Positions 39,085-42,780 of a stretch of DNA of 42,780 nucleotides are shown one piece after another. A program made the translations under genes and the position numbers. Position 1 is the stretch's first letter, and every line of letters begins with the position of its first letter. The notes under the pieces were generated by a model. It saw only the letters and a program-made list of their open reading frames with translations, was not told the DNA's origin and searched no databases. Source of the stretch: a virus (taxonomy: Duplodnaviria; Caudoviricetes); the IMG/VR virus record IMGVR_UViG_3300030376_000768, positions 1-42,780 of that record. One strand, given 5' to 3'.

Positions 39085-40721
39085 ACTGTTGACTCCTTAA
39101 TGTAGTTATATAATTCTTTGAACTCTTTTTTAGTGTTGGTTAACCATGATACAAAAGATTCAAAGTGAGTTTGTTGCTTCAATGATACACTATGTATTGC
39201 AGGTTTGCAATACTCAATCATTGCTTTTACAAATTGCATGCGTATGTTGAACTCTTCTTTGTTAGCAGGAGTTGCAAAAATACGCAATTCAATTGTCTTG
39301 TTGTTGTTAAGATTAACAAAGTTATATCTACCAACATATCTATCTTTGTATGTAACACCATAAGGTGTCTTGATATCAAAGGTAGGGTCAGAGGTTTGAT
39401 AGTTAGTAGAACCACGACCAGCCATCAGTTTAACAAAGTCTTTGTTATCATCACGATTCATAAACTCAACAAGCTTACCAGCACCTAGTTGTGTAAATGC
39501 TGTACGACTAATGTGTACATGCATACCACATGATTCATGTGGATGTATATACTCTGGTAAGTCAGTCAAGAATGAATCGTATCGTGCTAGATGAGATGTA
39601 TAACCTGCTGGTCTAGATACTAACTCAAAACCATCACGAATACTACCATCATCTTTCATTAGAGCATGACCAAACATACTATCACCAACATACAATCGAC
39701 CAGCTCTACGCTTGTCTACTTGGAACTCCATCTCAATACCAAGATAAGGTTCATTAGCTAGTTTGTTGTGCTTGTCAAAGCCCAATGTTTCTTCTACTCT
39801 ATGAGAATAATTATGTACTCTGTAGTCACGACCACAACATTCAACACACATATCATCTCTTGTTTCTTCTTCAACGCATTTTGTATTACATTCAATGCAT
39901 CGAACTATATTAACATCACGACTATCATAACAAGTACCATCAAGCATTATCTCATGTTCAAGTAAGAATGTATGACTATTTGCATCATACTCATAACCGT
40001 ACTCATTTGTTAGCATTTCACTAGTCATATGTATACTACAGAACTGTGTTTTACCAGACAAACTAAACTGAGTCATTTGCGTTCTATGGTTTATCACTTT
40101 GGTAAGTGGACATTGATAGAACCTAACTTCATGGTCAACATACGAATTAATTTTATCAATCATACTTGGATTGAATAAATCATCTTGATAATTATTAGAT
40201 AGATGGTCAATCAATGTATTCATCATTAGTTCTGTAGTATGACTAGCTCTAGCAAAGCCTTTGACTCGACGAATCAAATGATTCTTGAATCCAGACTTTA
40301 ACCTACCATCTTTGTACTTCATTTCTAATGGATTGAGTTTGTAATATATAGTATCAAACATAGTACGATTGTCATGGTACTGACTTTGTATCCAATCTGA
40401 TACATACTTGTTTATACTTTGATTACGATAGACATAGATATGTGTATCATTCCATACTGCTAAAGCTAATTCAGGTTTATCCATCAATGCTTTACTAACG
40501 CTGAATTCTTCAGACATAAGTTTAAACACAGGTATTTCTAGATGTGTTCGCTTAGGTCCAACAAAATTACTTGGATGATAATCATATATACGTTTTCTAT
40601 GAACAGCACGTTTGATGTATAAGTCTTTGGTAAGGTATAACTTATCACCTTCTTTGACTAATGCATCGCTATCTGCTATAGAATACTTCTTAACAAAAGT
40701 TGTATGGCTTATAGGTTTCAT
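39075..40721 (-). CDS. Amidoligase (COOH-NH2 ligase type 2) with long N-terminal extension
   Basis: GIEMEF, DGSI..GFELVS, SCGMHVH, RY, TIELRIF; start moved to ATG 40721 (ATGA overlap, AGGAG RBS). Confidence 0.85.
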   Translation of the reverse strand: MKPISHTTFVKKYSIADSDALVKEGDKLYLTKDLYIKRAVHRKRIYDYHPSNFVGPKRTHLEIPVFKLMSEEFSVSKALMDKPELALAVWNDTHIYVYRNQSINKYVSDWIQSQYHDNRTMFDTIYYKLNPLEMKYKDGRLKSGFKNHLIRRVKGFARASHTTELMMNTLIDHLSNNYQDDLFNPSMIDKINSYVDHEVRFYQCPLTKVINHRTQMTQFSLSGKTQFCSIHMTSEMLTNEYGYEYDANSHTFLLEHEIMLDGTCYDSRDVNIVRCIECNTKCVEEETRDDMCVECCGRDYRVHNYSHRVEETLGFDKHNKLANEPYLGIEMEFQVDKRRAGRLYVGDSMFGHALMKDDGSIRDGFELVSRPAGYTSHLARYDSFLTDLPEYIHPHESCGMHVHISRTAFTQLGAGKLVEFMNRDDNKDFVKLMAGRGSTNYQTSDPTFDIKTPYGVTYKDRYVGRYNFVNLNNNKTIELRIFATPANKEEFNIRMQFVKAMIEYCKPAIHSVSLKQQTHFESFVSWLTNTKKEFKELYNYIKESTVCA

Positions 40722-40882
40722 ACGCAACTCCTTTTAATGAATTGAAAGACATCTTTAGGTGGCTTTTTATAAGCCTTAACCACTCTAAAGTCTGAACCTA
40801 TACGTTTAACACGAATACAATTATCCCAGCCATCTTTCCAGAAGACATCGAATAAATTGTTTGTTACATTTTTGACTACCAT
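40718..40882 (-). CDS. 54-aa basic hypothetical protein
   Basis: Manual translation MVVKNVTNNLFDVFWKDGWDNCIRVKR; GGAG RBS. Confidence 0.65.
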   Translation of the reverse strand: MVVKNVTNNLFDVFWKDGWDNCIRVKRIGSDFRVVKAYKKPPKDVFQFIKRSCV

Positions 40883-40927
40883 AACATATACTCCATGTTG
40901 TTAATAAAAATATAAGAGACGACGCTC

Positions 40928-41143
40928 TCACCCTGAGTGAGCGGAGGAGCGTGAGTCATCTTTTGCAATCTGCTGAAGCTTTCTAATCTCGTTCAGCAAC
41001 CGAGGTCTATCCCAAAAAGTAGGACTAGGATATTTTTTGAATATATTGTAATACTCAATACAATATACCTCATTCAATTCTTGTAGGTTAACGGCACCAT
41101 GACCATAACCTAGATTATACCATTTATATTGTTTATCAGTCAT
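40928..41143 (-). CDS. Early hypothetical protein
   Basis: Start moved to ATG 41143 (GGAG RBS). Confidence 0.55.
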   Translation of the reverse strand: MTDKQYKWYNLGYGHGAVNLQELNEVYCIEYYNIFKKYPSPTFWDRPRLLNEIRKLQQIAKDDSRSSAHSG

Positions 41144-41423
41144 TGTATCTCCAATTGTCACAGTTGTGAAATAAGGTTTTTGCGAAAGGTTTAATTCTTG
41201 TAACTCCAGGACCGTAATGATATACCTTTGGAACACTATCTACTGGTAACTCGTTGTTAGCTTTGTCAGCATCTTCTTGAACTTTTGCAATATACTTTAC
41301 ATAGTCAACATCACTGTTCTTAAGATACTTTCGGATACGCCAACCTTTACGGAAATCTTCATCAGATAATTCATCAGCTATTTTAAATGACATAATTGAT
41401 TTATTATACAATTCTAAAAACAT
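41136..41423 (-). CDS. Early hypothetical protein
   Basis: AGGAGTATATTATG initiation region. Confidence 0.7.
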   Translation of the reverse strand: MFLELYNKSIMSFKIADELSDEDFRKGWRIRKYLKNSDVDYVKYIAKVQEDADKANNELPVDSVPKVYHYGPGVTRIKPFAKTLFHNCDNWRYND

Positions 41424-41454
41424 AATATACTCCTAATAAATTGAAAAAAGAAAA

Positions 41455-41508
41455 GGTAATTTTTTAATCACCCTTCGCCCTGCGATGGGGGTGATTAAAA
41501 AATCTACC
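41455..41508 (-). promoter_or_regulatory. Long intergenic stem-loop (terminator or RNase III-type site)
   Basis: About 24-bp stem with small bulges, followed on the minus strand by TTTTCTTTTTT. Confidence 0.65.
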
Positions 41509-41656
41509 GAGTAGTATGACTATCTGGCTTAACATAATACTTCATAACATAATCATACGGAACATTGTGTATTGATATCAATGTTTGTACTTTAGCTAGA
41601 TAAGATATATCTTTTGGGACACTAAATTTATTGAATAATGATTCTAATTCATTCAT
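41504..41656 (-). CDS. 50-aa early hypothetical protein
   Basis: Manual translation MNELESLFNKFSVPK...; same AGGAGTATATTATG initiation region as the next gene. Confidence 0.65.
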   Translation of the reverse strand: MNELESLFNKFSVPKDISYLAKVQTLISIHNVPYDYVMKYYVKPDSHTTR

Positions 41657-41766
41657 AATATACTCCTATATAAAAAGAAAAAAGCAATCTGCTCTAAACG
41701 GAAACTCCGAGTCACTATGCTATAGTAGAATAATGACCGACCACCATTGTGAGAAATGTGCTAGCC

Positions 41767-41791
41767 AAAAAAAAAGGGGGAATAATCCCCC
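41767..41791 (-). terminator. Intrinsic terminator after the first early gene
   Basis: Minus strand GGGGGA-TTAT-TCCCCC followed by T9. Confidence 0.85.
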
Positions 41792-42598
41792 TAATTCTTA
41801 TGATACTTTACCTGCATCTGCTGAAGTTGAAGTAGTTGCGATTTCAATTTCCGCAGGACCAGCATTTTCTTTGCGCTCCCACTCTTTCTTTCTGGTTTCG
41901 CGTAATTCTGATATAGCATCCGCAATGTTAGTCATTACTTCCCGTTGCTGTTTAGAACCTCTACCAGCTAGATAAATTGCAGAATCAAGACACTGTTCTG
42001 CAATCACAAGTAGTTGACCAACAGATTTGCCTTGTTTGATACTATTGATTGAATCAAAAAATGCATTAGTTTTTGAATTACTCATTCGTAATACTCCTAT
42101 AAAATTGGCGAAATTGCCATGATTAAAGGTTCATAGGTTATGTGTGATTGTACAATTAGTTGTGGTTATCACTTGTGATAAGCAGAAGTAATTTTACAAT
42201 CATGCATGTTCTATGAAACTATTAATCATGAGCAATTTGGACAATTTTCTAGGAGTATTACGTGATTGAATGAGTAATTCAAAAACTAATGCAACGGGTT
42301 ATTTTTTGATTCAATCAATAGTATCGTGGGTTAACAAGGGAATTCTGTTGGGCTTTACTACTTGTAATTGCATAACTGTGTCTTCGTTTCTAGCAATTTA
42401 CGACGCCTGGAAGAGGCTCTAAAGAGTTACGGAAAGTTGACTGACATGAGGACAATGCTATACAGAATTACACGATACCAGAAAGATTAGAGTGAGAAGT
42501 AAATAACATGCTGGTACGAGGACGAAATTGATTCGCAACTACTTTGACCTCAGCAAATACTTATATATAAAGTCTCATAATAATTAGGGGGATTATTC
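41780..42598. repeat. Giant imperfect inverted repeat / predicted rod-like hairpin
   Basis: 42175-42598 aligns by eye along its length to the reverse complement of 41780-42172; apex TTATCAC-TT-GTGATAA at 42166-42181. Confidence 0.95.
41798..42085 (-). CDS. 95-aa helical protein, first early gene, encoded in one arm of the giant hairpin
   Basis: AGGAG RBS, intact frame, terminator right after stop; no family recognised. Confidence 0.75.
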   Translation of the reverse strand: MSNSKTNAFFDSINSIKQGKSVGQLLVIAEQCLDSAIYLAGRGSKQQREVMTNIADAISELRETRKKEWERKENAGPAEIEIATTSTSADAGKVS

Positions 42599-42690
42599 AA
42601 ACTTATTTTAGGGATACATATTTGGATAATCTTTCTGTGGGTAAACATAAATAAATCATATACTTAGGAGAGGTATAGTCTATAGATTAT

Positions 42691-42780
42691 CATTGCAACT
42701 AATAAATATATTAGTTTTCCGTCTAGATTTATTTATTTTACCCCTACCAGGGGGTTTTGAATGCTTATCATATAGATGAA
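42691..42780 (+). repeat. Direct terminal repeat, right copy
   Basis: 89 of 90 positions identical to 1-90. Confidence 0.9.

Noticed and set aside
2235-39965. Many short ORFs opposite or overlapping long genes in the six-frame track (e.g. 2235-2456, 12505-12753, 29065-29328, 31937-32305, 36528-36833, 39192-39488)
   Set aside because: Shadow ORFs of well-supported genes, against the arm orientation or in alternate frames, lacking RBSs
41631-41975. 114-aa + strand ORF
   Set aside because: Antisense to genes with clear RBSs, crosses the terminator, TTG start with no RBS
42175-42598. Giant inverted repeat as an MDA or assembly chimera
   Set aside because: Chimeric inversions are near-identical copies; these arms differ at roughly a fifth to a quarter of positions with structured indels
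42270-42598. Mirror arm as a diversity-generating retroelement template repeat
   Set aside because: No reverse transcriptase in the genome, and the differences are not confined to adenines
1-42780. tRNA genes, CRISPR array, integrase, alternative genetic code
   Set aside because: No cloverleaf, repeat-spacer array or recombinase motif seen; coding density is high under the standard code with all three stop codons used

Overview
Apparently complete, AT-rich (roughly one-third GC by eye) dsDNA podovirus-like phage genome with a 90-bp direct terminal repeat (one mismatch) and two converging arms. The + arm (about 0.3-27.4 kb) holds the probable small terminase, tail-fibre/appendage genes, holin-like genes, a run of very basic mini-proteins, then terminase, portal, scaffold, capsid, tail and internal virion genes. 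The - arm (about 42.1-27.5 kb) holds early hypotheticals, an amidoligase plus class II glutamine amidotransferase, separate primase and DnaB helicase, a family A DNA polymerase split in two, SSB, exo- and endonucleases, a metallophosphoesterase and a class II (B12-dependent) ribonucleotide reductase. The layout resembles SIO1/VpV262/RIO-1-type (Zobellviridae-like) phages; this is an inference, not a search result. No RNA polymerase, integrase, tRNA or CRISPR array was seen. Six near-consensus sigma70 promoters share one phage-specific form, and three of them appear to make leaderless mRNAs. The standout feature is at 41780-42598: an approximately 820-nt imperfect inverted repeat in which the entire first early gene (RBS, 95-aa ORF and half of its terminator) is mirrored by a degenerate, bulged copy across a CTTG apex. 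This predicts one continuous rod-like RNA (or DNA) hairpin that would hide the RBS and start codon and compete with the terminator.
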